A stretch of 40,222 nucleotides of DNA from Squatina squatina (taxonomy: Eukaryota): contig JARFOE010000107.1 in NCBI GenBank assembly GCA_031763465.1, forward strand, positions 1 through 40,222, read 5' to 3'. The translations under genes were made by a program, and so were the position numbers. The notes beneath the pieces were generated by a model, which had not been told where the DNA came from, did no database searches, and was given only the letters and a program-made list of their open reading frames with translations. Every line of letters starts with the position of its first letter. Within the stretch, counting starts at the first letter, position 1. This document shows positions 21,071 through 32,864 of this stretch, in pieces.

Positions 21071-21624
21071 GCTGAGTGAGGGAGGGAGTAAGGCTCAAAG
21101 GTCCTGCAAAGGGAGGACAAGGATATTAATATCTACTCACTGCCGCACAAGGAGGGTGTGGGACATATCCACGAAGCTGACAACAGCTGTTTTGGCATCG
21201 CCCGACTCAACACTTGAGCAGCACTTTTGACATACCTTTTAGGATGTGCAGATTGTGATTAGCGAGACCTGTAGGGAGAGTGTTGGATAAATTCAACCTC
21301 TAAGAGGTCAATGCTGGATTATGGTGTTGGGCGCGGAGGTTGATCAATCAATGGTTTGGAAGAGATAGACAGCAGGTGTTAATGGATTCAATTCAGCAGG
21401 AGGAGGCGGTGCTCAGGATCAAGCATGGCATTAAGTTCTCCAAGTCCTGCTGAATCGTTATGAACCGGACTTCATGGAAGTGGCTGATGATAAAGGACCA
21501 GGGAGAGGGGAAGCCGTTGCAATAAATCAAACAGTTGAACTTACTCGATCTAACATGAGTAAAAATTGGTAATTGAGGGAATAATGAGACAGCAGTTTGA
21601 TAAACCTGCAGGTGCTGAATGTTT

Positions 21625-21880
21625 CCAGCCCAGGATATTGAAAGAAGCACGTGAGGAAATCGTGGATAATCTAATCATAACCTTCCATAACTCTGTTGAT
21701 CCCAGAAGTGAAATTAAAAATTATGCGTGAGACACTATTATTGTCGGAGAGTCAGAAATTATTGGCCTAATTCTCGATCGTCTGTTGTGGGAAGTGACTC
21801 GAATCTGTTATTGGGAACAGGGTGAATCAGCACCTGGACTAAGATGAGCCGAACAGAGTAAACCTAGTTGAATAATTGTA
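21625..21880 (+). mobile_element. Old CR1 ORF2 fragment (region just before RT)
   Basis: PRILKEAREEIVDNLIITFHNSVD, followed by a decayed NYRP-like segment. Confidence 0.6.
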
Positions 21881-21889
21881 ATATGTAAT

Positions 21890-23430
21890 GAGTCGTACAA
21901 TCATACAATTGTTTAAATTCACAGTACACAACAATGCCATTCGGACCCTCGTGTCTGTGATGGACAAACCAGATTTATCCAGCCGAATCCCACTTTCCAG
22001 CCCTGCCGGCTACAGTACGTCAAATGCAAATACACGTATTTTTCAATGATATAAGGGTTCCGGCCTCTGCCACCCTTTCAGGCAATGGGTTCCAGACTCC
22101 CAACTAGCTTTGGGTGAAAGGATTTCTCCTCAAATCCCCTGTCAGCCCTCTACCAAGTGTTTTAATTCTATGCCCTCTTGAATTTGACCTGTCTACTAAG
22201 CAGAATAGGTCCTACTTATCCACTCCAGATATGCTCCACAAAACTTTATACACCTGAATTTCGATTCTCCAAAACCTCCTCTGTACCAAAGAAATCGATC
22301 CTTGCCTATCCTATATTGCCTGAGCTCAAGAAATTTCCAAACTTGGCAAATTTCTCCCAAATCTTCTCTATATGCTCTCTGGTCTGATCAAGTAATTTCT
22401 GTATGTCCTGACCAACACTGTATGTAGTAATCTAGCTGTATCCAAAAGTAGTGTATTTTTTAAAAGTTCCAGCACACCAACCCGATCTATATTCTATCAA
22501 TTGGTTAATAAAGGACAGTCTCTTGTATTCCTTTTTAACTGCACATATCGACGTTTCATGCTGCCATCAGGGATCTGTGGACATGCAATACAAAATCTCT
22601 CTGATCCACCATAGTTTTAATGTGTATTTCCTGGCCGTGTGAACACTCTCTGAATTAATTAACTTAAAATTCTACGGATTGAATTCTGTTTGCTACATTT
22701 GTGCACACCTGACCAATCTATTGATATCTTTATCCAGTCTATACTTTCCTAGCTCGCCGTCACACACAAAGCCTATTTTTCTCTGATCTGAAAATTCTTA
22801 AACATGGTCCCTACATTGAAACATAAATCACTGACTGATACCCCAAAAAGCAAGGGACCAGTTCTGAGCCCAGTTGAGCCTCACTGGAAACAGTCTTTCA
22901 TTCACAAAGTACCAGTCGAACATTACTCTTTGCCTGCTGCCACAGAGCCAATATGGGAACCTGCTGAGCACTTCCGCCTGTATCCCATGGGTGTTAATTT
23001 TTCTGACCAGCCTGCGCTGTGGGGCCTTTGCAAAAATCCTTGCTAAAATCACTGTTGACGACATCAAATCTGCTACCATCATCGACCCTCCTCTAAAACT
23101 GTAATCAAGTTAGTCAGACAGCACCTTCCATTTTCAACTCCATGCACAATATCCTTGATCAATCTGTGCCGTTCTAAATGTGGATTAATACTGTCATTCA
23201 TCATCTTTTTTCCAATAATTTTACCATCACTGAGGTTAGGCTAACTGGCCTGTAATTACTTGGTCTACACTCTCTCAACCTCTACACAAAAGTACAATAT
23301 TAGCAATGCTCCAGTCCTCTGGCACTACACCTATAGTGGGAATGGATTGGGAAATGATGTTCAGTGGCTCCGCTATTCGATCTCGTGTTCCTTTAAACGA
23401 CCTGGAATACATTACTTCCGGGCCAGCGAA
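21890..23430 (-). mobile_element. Old CR1 LINE, 3' half
   Basis: Antisense tail near 21890-21960 (GCCATTCGGACCCTCG); RIFAKAPQRRLVRKINTHGIQAEVL...WLCGSRQRV; NYRPVSLTSV near 23230-23260. Confidence 0.8.
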
Positions 23431-23439
23431 TTATATGTA

Positions 23440-24976
23440 AATAAGAACAAAATAACTTAAGAGGTCCGAGCACGAGTCGAACATTCGTACCCTCGAGCCT
23501 GCCCCGACATTCAACAAGTTCATGGCTGATAATCCACATGAACACCATTTCCTCCACGATCCCCAAATCCCATGATACGTTTAATATCTAGAAACATATT
23601 TATCTCTGTCTGGAATAGATTCAATTACTGAGCATCCACAACCCTCTTGTATGGTGAATTATGAAAAATCCCCGCTCTCGGAGTGAAAATAATTCCTCTC
23701 ATCTCAGTCCTAAATATCCGAATCAGTATTCTGAGACTATGATCCCTGGTTTTAGAAACCTCAGGCCGGGGAAATAGCCTCCCTGCATCGACTCAAGAGG
23801 GATTTCGATATAGCTCTTAAGGCTAAAGTGAGCAAGGGATATGGGGAGAAAGCAGGGGCAGATTACTGAATTATTATGATCTCATTAAATGGTGGAGCAG
23901 GCTCGAAGGGCCGAAAGGCCTACTCCAGCTCCTACCTTCCATGTTTCTATGTTTATATGTTACCCTTTTGAGCACGATAATACGTTTTTATGTTTAAAAG
24001 AGATCACCACTCATTCTGCTAAACGTTACGGAATATAGACAAAGTCTGCTCAATCACTCGTCACAGGACAATCCCAGGAATCAGACTGGTTAAACTTCGT
24101 TGCACTCGCTTTATAACAAGTGTCTCCTTCCTGAGGTAAGATGATCAAAGCAAATGACGCAAGCTGCTGTCTCACCAAGGTCCTGTATAATGCAGTAACT
24201 CGTCTTTACTACTGTATTCAAAACCTCTTGGAATAAAGGCCAACATACCATTTGCCTTCCTAAGTGTTTGCTGTAATCACATGCTAAGAAGAAGCGACTG
24301 TTGTAAAAGGACAACCAGGTGCCTTTGAATATCAACATTACCAAATCTCTCACCATTTAATAGCTACGCTGCATTTATAGTTTTCCAACCAATTGGGTAA
24401 CATCTCATTTTGCCACCGAATATTCGAACTGCCATTTTCTGGTCCACTCCCATAAACGGTCTGGATCCACTTGAAACCTCTTTTCATTCTCCTCACAATT
24501 TACTTTCCACCTAGTATTGTGTGATCAGCAAACGTGGAAATACGACACTTGGTCCCCTCTTCCAAATCATTGATATGAATTGTGAATAGATGGGTCCAAT
24601 TACTGATCCTTGCCTTACACGACAAATCACAGCGTGCCAATCTGAAAATGGCTCTGTTATTCCTGCTCTCTGTTTTCTGTTCGTTAACCAATTCTCCACC
24701 CATTCCAGTTTATTACCCTAATCCCATGCACTCTAATTTTATTTACCAGCATCTTGTGCAAATCCAAATACTACAACATCCATTGATTCCAAATATTCTG
24801 CTAATTACGTCTTCAAAAATATCCAGTAGCTTTGTCGAACATGATTTCCCTTTCCTAATTCCATGATAACTCTGCCTATTCATATTTTCTTTTTCAAAGT
24901 TTCCAGTTATCAAAATCTGTACCATAGATTCTGGCACATTCCCTACTACATTTGTCAGGCTAGCAGGTTTATAGTT
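23440..24976 (-). mobile_element. Old CR1 LINE, RT to 3' tail
   Basis: NYKPASLTNVVG, HGIRKGKSCSTKLLDIFEDV, ENWLTNRKQR, QGSVIGP, FTIHINDLEEGTKCRISTFADHT; tail AAGAAC... near 23442. Confidence 0.88.
23793..23960 (+). mobile_element. Short CR1 3' tail nested in opposite orientation inside the 23440-24976 copy
   Basis: GGATATGGGGAGAAAGCAGG...GCTCGAAGGGCCGAAAGGCCTACTCC...TTTCTATGTTTATATGT; the host sequence resumes on both sides. Confidence 0.85.
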
Positions 24977-26326
24977 GAAGGCTTTGTGTCTTAATGCGAG
25001 GAGCATTCATAACAAGGTGGGTGAATTACCTGCACAAATAGATGCAAATGGATTATATGTAATTGGGATTACGGAGCCATGGCTACAGGGTAAGTAAGGC
25101 TGGGGACTCAACATCCGGGGTATTCAATATTCAGGAAGGACAGGCAAAATGGAAAAGTTGGTGGGGTAGCGTTGCTGGTTAATGAGGAGATTAACACAAT
25201 AGTAAGGAAGGATAATCGATCGGATGATGTGGAATCTGTATGGGTAGAGCTGAGAAATAGTAAGGGGCAGAAAACATTAGTGGGACTTGTATACAGACCC
25301 CCAACAAGTCGTTGGGAGGTTGGGGATGACATTAAACAGGAAATTAGTGATGCATGCAATAAGGGCACAACAGTTATCATGGGTGACATTAATCTGCTTA
25401 TAGATTGGGCGAACAAAATTAGTAAAAGTGATGTGGAGGAGGAATTCCTCGGGTGTATAGGGGACGGTTTCCTGGACCAAAACATCGGCGAACAAACTCG
25501 AGATCAGGCCATTTAGACTGTGCTTTATGTGATGAGAAAGGACTGATTAGCAATCTTGTTTTGCGAGGGCCTTTGGGGAAGAGCGATCATAATGTGATAG
25601 AATTCTTAATTCGATGGAGAGTCACATAGTTGACACAGAGACAAGGTTCCTGAATTTAAATAAAGAAAACATGTGCTGGTATGAGACGCGGGTTGGCTAG
25701 GATAGATTGGGGAACGTTACTTCAGGGTTTGACGGTGGAAAGGCAATGTCAAACATTTAAAGTTCCCATGGCTGAAATACAGTTTGTGCATCCCTGTCTG
25801 GCATAAAAATAAAACAGGAAAGATGGCTCACCCGGGGATAACAAGATAAATTAAGGATAGCATATGATCCAAGGAGCAGGCACATAAGTTGGACAGGAAA
25901 AGCAGCAAAGCTGAGGATTGGGAGCAGTTTAGGTTCAGCAAAGGAGGACAAAGGGATTAATTAAGAGGGCGAAAATAGAGGATGAGAGTAAGATTGCAGG
26001 GAATATAAAAACTGACTCCAAAAGCTTTTATAATTACGTGAAGAGAAAACGATTAGAGAATTCAAGCGGAGGTCCCTTGCAGTCAGAATCAGGGGAAATT
26101 ATAATGGGGAACAAGGAAATAGCAGATCAATTCTTACATTTGGTTTTGCCTTCGCAAAGGAGGACACAAATAACCTCACAGTGATATCAGGGACTATGGG
26201 ATCTAATGAGAGGGAGGAACTGAATGAAATCAGTATTTGTAGGGAAATTGTATTGGGGAAATTGACGGGATTGAAGGCCGATAAATCCCCAGGGCCTGAT
26301 AATCTACATCCCAGGGTACTTAAGGA
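24973..26326 (+). mobile_element. CR1 ORF2 5' part (APE endonuclease and linker), ending at the gap
   Basis: LKALCLNARSIHNKVGEL...GITEPWLQG; VESVWVELRNSKGQKTLVGLVYRPP...VIMGDIN; SDHN near 25582; KSPGPDNLHPRVLKE. Confidence 0.92.
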
Positions 26327-26426
26327 NNNNNNNNNNNNNNNNNNNNNNNNNNNNNNNNNNNNNNNNNNNNNNNNNNNNNNNNNNNNNNNNNNNNNNNNNN
26401 NNNNNNNNNNNNNNNNNNNNNNNNNN

Positions 26427-26870
26427 ATGGAAGGATTGTCTTATGAGGAAAGATTGAGCAGGTCGGGCCTATACTCATTGGAGTTTAGAAGAATGAGAGG
26501 TGATCTTATTGAAACATCTCAGATTCTGAGGGGGCTCGACGGGGTTAGCGCCGAGAGGATGTTTCCCCTCGTGGGGGAATCTAGAACCAGGGGTCACAGT
26601 CTCAGAATAAGGGGGTGGCCATTGAAGACGGAGGTGAGGAGGAATTTCCTCTCTCAGTGGGAGGTGAATCTTTGTAATTCTTTACCCCAGAGATCTGTGG
26701 AGGCCGAGTCATTGAATATATTCAAGGCTGAGAGAGGCAGGTTTTTGATGAGCAGGGGAATCAAAGGTTATGGGGAACAGGCGGGAAAGTGGAGTTGAGG
26801 CCAGAATCAGATCAGCCAATGATCTCATTGAATGGCCTCCTCCTGCCCCTATGTCTTATGGACTTATAAG
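26427..26870 (+). mobile_element. Relatively young CR1 3' end
   Basis: Stop-free MEGLSYEERL...RRMRGDLIET...SRTRGHS...NSLPQ...GYGEQAGKWS* (stop at 26798), then 3' UTR and a CTTATG-like tail. Confidence 0.92.
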
Positions 26871-27067
26871 TCTGAGTGCTGGGACAAGCGGGATTCCGCT
26901 ATAGGAAGATGTAGGGAAGGGTCCGCAATGAGCGAAACGGTGTATCTAATGGGTGATATCAATCTTTGACCCATGAACTCCCCGCTCCTCGAACTTGAAA
27001 GGATAAATGACCATCCCCTGAACCTAACAGGTGGTGACGAGGGAGATTTTGGGGTGGGGGTGGGGGA

Positions 27068-27920
27068 GAAGAATCATACGGCACAGGAGGCCATTCAGCC
27101 CATCGTGCCAGCGTTGGCTCTTTGAAGGAGCAGTTGTCAGAATTTTGCATGTTTCAATGAGAGCAACTCTCATTCTTCGACTCCGGAGCACAAGCCCCTT
27201 TTCATAGAATCGTCAGACGGTGACAGCACAGCTGGAGGCCATTCGGTCCATCGAGCCCGTGCCAGCTCTCAGAGAGAGTCCTTCAGCTACTGTTTCCCCG
27301 TAGCCCTGCAAATGTTTTCCCTTCAGGTACTGATCCAACTCCCTTTTGAAAGCCGCGATTGAATCTCCCTCTCGGGCAGCACATTCCAGATCCCAACCAC
27401 TCGCTGTGTGAAGAAGTTTCTCCTCACGTGTCGCCTCTGGTTCTTCAACCAATCGCCTTCAATCTGTGTCCCTCTGGTTCCCGACCCTTCCACCAATGGG
27501 GAACAGTTTCTCTCGATCTACTCTGTCCAGACCCCCTCATGATTGTGAACACCTCGATCAAATCTCCTCTCAAACCTTCTCTGCTCCGAGGAGAACAACC
27601 CCCAGCTTCTCCAGTCTCTCCCCGTCACTGAAGTCCCTCATCCCCCGGGACCATTCTCGTCAATCTCCTCCGCACCCTGTCCGAGGCCCTCACATCCTGC
27701 CTAAAGTGCGGGGCCCAGAATTGGACAATACTCCAGTTGAGGCCCAACCAGTGTTTTATAAAAGGTTCATCGTCACTTCCTCGCTCTTGTTCTCTCTGCC
27801 TCTATTTGTGAAGCCCAGGACCCCGGGAGCGTTTTTACCCGCTTTCTCAACCTGCCCTGCCCCCTTCAATGATTTGTGCACCAATACCCCCAGGTCTCTC
27901 TGTCCATGCACCCCTTCACG
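27068..27920 (-). mobile_element. Two stacked antisense CR1 3' ends (27068-27200 and 27203-27920)
   Basis: GGAGGCCATTC(A/G)G(C/T)CCATCG tail motif occurs twice; AAFKRELDQYLKGKHLQGYGE; antisense RT C-terminus. Confidence 0.85.
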
Positions 27921-27949
27921 ATAATTATCTTCATCACCGGACTGACAAT

Positions 27950-28258
27950 CCGGAAATAAACCTGGAATTAAAAAGCTAGCCTCAGTAATGGTGACCCTGG
28001 CACTGCCAGGTTGTCATAAAATCCCATCTGGTTTCACGAATGTCCTTTAGGGAAAGGAATCTGGCCTATACGTGACTCCAGACCCAATGTGGTTGACTCT
28101 TAACTGCCCTCTGGCAAGCCACTCAGTTGTGACACCACACGGACTGCAGCGGTTCAAGAAGGGGGCTCATCGCCACCTTCTCGAGGGCGGTTAGGGATGG
28201 GCAATGAATGCTGGGCCTGGCCAGCGACGCTCGCATCCCGTGAACGAAAAAAAAAAAT
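27950..28258 (+). mobile_element. 5'-truncated SINE, same family as 2578-3020
   Basis: TGGCCTATACGTGACTCCAGACCC...GTGGTTGACTCTTAACTGCCCTCTG body, the shared LINE-type tail and a poly(A) end. Confidence 0.8.
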
Positions 28259-28269
28259 AGACATATATA

Positions 28270-28530
28270 TTGTGCTGTTCCGGGATTTGACCCAGCGACG
28301 ATGAAGGAACGGGCGAGATATTTCCGAGTCGGGATGGTGCGTGTGTGACTCGGAGGAGGAACTCGGAGGTGCTGCCGTTCCGATGCGTCTGCTGCCCTCG
28401 TCCTTCTAGATGGTGGACGTGGCGGGTTTGGGAGGTGCTGCCGAAGAAGCCTCGGCGAGTTGCTGCAGTGCATCTTGTCGATGGTCCTCACTGCAGACAC
28501 GGTGCGCCGGTGGTGGAGGGAGTGAGTGTT
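28270..28530 (-). mobile_element. LINE ORF2 C-terminal fragment, same family as 5088-5650
   Basis: HSLHHRRTVSAVRTIDKMHCSNSPRLLRQHLPNP...RSFIVAGS. Confidence 0.85.
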
Positions 28531-28630
28531 NNNNNNNNNNNNNNNNNNNNNNNNNNNNNNNNNNNNNNNNNNNNNNNNNNNNNNNNNNNNNNNNNNNNNN
28601 NNNNNNNNNNNNNNNNNNNNNNNNNNNNNN

Positions 28631-28958
28631 ATGTCCTCAAAACCTCCCTGAAAAAATGTAGCATCCCCACCGACTCCTGGGAATCTCTGGCCCAAGACCG
28701 CCCGAACTGGAGGAGAAACATCCGCGAAGGCGCTGACCGCTCCAAGCTTCTCCGGCGGGAGCACGTGGAGGCCGAGCGCGGGCAGCGGAAGGAGCGCGCG
28801 GAAACACAAGCATCCCACCCACTCGCCCCGTCAAACACCACCTGCCCCACCTGTGGGAGTTTGTGGACCCCGGATAGAACTATTTAGTCACCTCAGAACC
28901 CACAACTCCGGAGTGGGAGCACGTCACCCTCGGCCCTGAGGGACTGCCAAAAAGAAGA
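28631..28958 (+). mobile_element. RTE-clade LINE 3' end
   Basis: VLKTSLKKCSIPTDSWESLAQDRPNWRRNIREG (LAQDRxxW motif), C-terminal CPTCG...SHLRTH zinc finger (frameshifted), short 3' UTR and an AAGAAGA tail. Confidence 0.88.
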
Positions 28959-28964
28959 TACCTT

Positions 28965-29460
28965 GTGTATGTGCAATCGAGTGCGTGCGTGTGAGTGTGA
29001 GTGCGCGTGTGTGTGTGCAAGCGAGCGTGAGTGAGTAAGTGTGTGTGTGAATGTGGGTGCGTGTGTTTGTGCGTGCAAGTGTGCGCAAGCGAGTGTGAGT
29101 GTGTGTGCAAGTGTGTGCAAGCGAGCGTGAGTGAGTAAGTGTGTGTATGAATGTGGGCGCATGTGTTTGTGCGTGCAAGTGTGCGCAAGCGAGTGTGAGT
29201 GTGTGTGCGAGTGTGTGCAAGCGAGTGTGAGTGAGTGAGTGTGTGTATGAATGTGGGTGTGTGTGTTTGTGCGTGCAAGTGTGCGCAAGCGAGTGTGAGT
29301 GTGTGTGTGTGCGAGTGTGTGCAAGCAACTGTGAGTGTGCTTGCGTGTGTGATTGTGTGTGTGTGTGAGAGTGAATGTGGCTGTACGAGCGTGCGTGTGT
29401 AAGCAAATGTGTGCACATGCCAGTGTGAGTGTGTGAGCGTGACTGTAAGAGTGAGTGTGC
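28965..29460. repeat. GT-rich compound microsatellite with a 100-bp higher-order unit (3 copies)
   Basis: GAATGTGGG anchor at about 29049, 29149 and 29249. Confidence 0.9.
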
Positions 29461-29606
29461 ACGGATCTGCCTCGGCTGCCACGCCCCCCATGGTTGACCA
29501 GTCACCGTGGTAGCTCGCACACGGGGGAGGTGCTGGAATGCGGACTGAATGGGGTTTGGTCACGGCGGAGTAACGGCGGGTCTGATTGGCTGTCTCCTGT
29601 TGTCAG

Positions 29607-29760
29607 TACGCAGGTGTCGAGGCAGGGTACGCCTGTTTCTGTGGCAACACGGTCGATCTGAGCAAGAAGCAGCGGGTGAGCGCGGTGGAGTGTGACCAGG
29701 TCTGCTTCGGCAAGTCCAGCGAGCTCTGTGGTGGAGACGGTCGCATCGGAATATACGATG
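29607..29760 (+). CDS. KREMEN2: Kremen2 internal exon, C-terminal half of the WSC domain
   Basis: Acceptor CTGTCTCCTGTTGTCAG|, donor |GTAAGG, 154 bp, phase 0 to 1. YAGVEAGYACFCGNTVDLSKKQRVSAVECDQVCFGKSSELCGGDGRIGIYD; AGVEAGYACFCG and CDQxCFG fit KREMEN2 better than KREMEN1 (AGMESGY, CNSVCFG) as recalled. Confidence 0.88.
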
Positions 29761-29864
29761 GTAAGGAAACCCCTCCAACAGGGCAGTGAGTGACCCACAC
29801 TCGGAGCAGGAAAGGCCCAACCTCTGCTCCCGATCACTGCACAGTCATTCCTGTTGGAAAGTGT

Positions 29865-30007
29865 AAGCGAGTGAGGGAGTGAGTGAGCGGGTGAGGGAGT
29901 GAGTGAGTAAGTGAGCGGGTGAGTGAGGGAGTGAGTGAGTAAGTGAGCGGGTGAGTGAGGGAGTGAGTGAGCGGGTGAGGGAGTGAGCGAGTAAGTGAGC
30001 GAGTGAG
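29865..30007. repeat. (GAGT)n-type simple repeat
   Basis: Seen directly in the sequence. Confidence 0.9.
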
Positions 30008-30107
30008 NNNNNNNNNNNNNNNNNNNNNNNNNNNNNNNNNNNNNNNNNNNNNNNNNNNNNNNNNNNNNNNNNNNNNNNNNNNNNNNNNNNNNNNNNNNNN
30101 NNNNNNN

Positions 30108-30236
30108 GGGGTATGGAGAGAAAGCAGGTACGGGGTACTGAGCTGAAAGATCAGCCATGATCGTGTTGAATGGCGGTGCAGGCTTGAAGGGCCAAATGGC
30201 CGACTCCTGCACCTATTTTCTATGTTTCTATGTTTC
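30108..30236 (+). mobile_element. Young CR1 3' tail
   Basis: Closely matches 8570-8692 and ends TTTTCTATGTTTCTATGTTTCT. Confidence 0.9.
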
Positions 30237-31207
30237 TCCCCTCTCTTACTCACTCCTCTCTCACTCACTCCTCAATCCTCATACACTCACTCCTCACTCA
30301 CTCATCACTCACTCACTCCTCACTCCCTAACTCACTCCTTACTCACTCACTACTCCTAACCCCTCAGTCACTCACTCCTTTCTCCCTCACTCACTCCTCA
30401 CTCACTCCTCACTCACTCCTTACTGACTCACAAACTGCTCACTGACACACTCCTCACTCACTCCATACTCACTCCTCACTCACTCATTCCTCACTCCTCG
30501 CTCCCTCACTCCTCTCTCACTCCCTCACTCCTCTCTCACTCCCTCACTCCTCACTCCTTATTCACGAAGTTCATACTTCTCACCCGCTCCATTGTCCTCA
30601 CTCCTCACTCACTCGCTCCTCACTCCTTACTCACTCACTCACAAACTCCACTCTTGATCCTCACTTCCTCACTCCTAACACATTCAGTCCATACTCCTCA
30701 CTCACTCCTCACTCCCTCACCCATTCCATCACTCCCTCACTCACTCCTTGCTCACTCCTCACTCCCTCACTCATTCCTCATTCAGTCCTCATACGCTGAC
30801 TCCATACTCCTCATTCATGCACTCCTCACACACTCCCTCACTCCACACTCCTCATTCACTCACACCTCACTCAGTCCTCACTCACTCACTCCTCATTCCT
30901 CACTCACTCACTGCTCACTCCTTACTCACTCTCTCACTCCTCACTCGCTCCTCACTCCTCACTCACTCAGCTCATAATCCTCACCCACTCCATACTCCTT
31001 GCTCCTCACTCACTCCTCATTCACCCCTCATTCCCTCAGTCATTCACTCCTCACTTACTCACTCCTCACTTCTTACTCACTGAGTTCATAGTCTTCACCC
31101 CTCCCTACACCTCACTCCTCACTCACTCCTCACTCCCTCACTCCTCACTCACTACTTACTCCCTCCTCACTCCCTCACTTCCTCACTGATTCCTCACTCA
31201 CTCCTCA
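30237..31207. repeat. CACT/CTC-rich low-complexity repeat
   Basis: Degenerate CTCACTCACTC units. Confidence 0.92.
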
Positions 31208-32207
31208 TAAACCACTTCCCCATTTAGAGTTTACTTTTAAAATCCCTTCCTGGGGAGCAAGATGCAGCACGTGTGCTCCTCGCGGCTCCACAGTAGGCCC
31301 TGACGAGATTCACAGTTCCCCGTACCCGATCACTTCCCTCTCCCAGTTGCACCGCACTCCCTGGGCCTACCTGAGAGCATCACTGCACTTTGACATAGAT
31401 GTTCGATTCGCCAGTGAGCTGCCTGGCTGGTAAAAAAAAGGTGTCTGGAGATTGCTGGTCTTAGGGAACACGTGCTTTGGAGCCGAGATTGCTCCTTGTG
31501 CCTAGTTCACGGTCAAAAGCCGCCACTGTGCAAGATCTGCCCCAGTGAGGAGGAACCAGTACTATCCCTGAATTATAAGATCTTATCAGTATAGCCAAGT
31601 GGCTGAGTTGCAAGTTCATCTGTTCTTGGACAGAACTGGAAGCTATAGGTAATTGAGCAGTGAACATCAACTGTGACGTAGTGCTTGGTGTGTACTCTTA
31701 CTTTCTACTACTGTATTTACTCAACTCCATGATAATGTTAATTCAACCAAGACAGAATCTAGTTTATAAAATCCTATGTAAGGTGGCCATTGATTTCTTT
31801 AATGTGCATCACTTCTGCTTGTCAACTATTCTACGCAAGTGAGAGGTCTGGCTCCACTGGCAGTGACTGTTGTAACTCAATTTTAGTAAGCGAAATAAAA
31901 TCCTCAATACAAGGGATATTGTATTTAGAATTCACACAAGCATCTTTAAGCACATTTCATGTACATTATTGTCATTAGGTTACACCTACATTACATAAAC
32001 AAGCTGATTAGTTTACATATTAAAACAGAAAATTGGCGCTAAGTTAAAGTATTGCCCTGCAGTCCTATATTGCTATGCCTTTACTCACAGTTTATAGCAT
32101 GGTAGTTNNNNNNNNNNNNNNNNNNNNNNNNNNNNNNNNNNNNNNNNNNNNNNNNNNNNNNNNNNNNNNNNNNNNNNNNNNNNNNNNNNNNNNNNNNNNN
32201 NNNNNNN

Positions 32208-32460
32208 TCGCAATTTCAGGCCCAATGTTAAAATTAGAGCTAGGCTATACAGGAGTAAAATTAGGAAGCACTTTTTCATAAAGAGAATAGTAGATATTTG
32301 GAACTCTCTTCTCTAAAGGCCGAGATAGATAGATGTTTGTTAGGTAAGGGTATCATATGGATCAAAGGTGAGAAAATGGAGTTAAGATGCATGTCAGCCA
32401 TGATCTAACTTAATGGTGTGGCAGGCTCCATAGGCTGAATGGCCTATTGCTGTTATTAAG
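32208..32460 (+). mobile_element. Old CR1 3' end
   Basis: IRKHFFIKRIVDIWNSL, then TCAGCCATGATC...GGCTGAATGGCCTA. Confidence 0.8.
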
Positions 32461-32864
32461 CTAAGATTTATCTATCAGCCTTTGGCTTTAGTTACAACTA
32501 TTAGCAATTTTCTACTCCCTGCATATAAGAATGAAGTTTTTTTTTTAGATTTGACTACAGTTAAAGATAAAACCTTTACTGACTCTTAAACCTGAGGCAA
32601 TTAAGATAATACACCATGCAAATACACCGCGGACTAGAATTAGCAAAGCTATTTCTATCAGATGTGTCTGATTATAATTAAGAATATTCATCTGCTTGAT
32701 GTTGAACTCCCACCTTATAAAGTGCTCTGAGACATTCTTTTATGTGGAAAATACTATAGACACCAAAGTTGGTAAACAATTTGATTGATTGCATATTTAA
32801 GGGTGGATTTTACGATACCTATGTACAGCCAGCCATTTGTCTAACTGATTCTGTACTGATGTAC

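Noticed and set aside
26181-26798. 205-aa ORF read as one internally deleted CR1
   Set aside because: It spans a 100-N gap; the two sides are probably different CR1 copies.
27022-27043. CCTAACA-GG-TGGTGACGAGGG, resembling an LTR end plus tRNA-Ser PBS
   Set aside because: No LTR start or gag is nearby, upstream sequence looks like a CR1 endonuclease scrap (TVYLMGDIN), and downstream is a CR1 tail. Probably chance.
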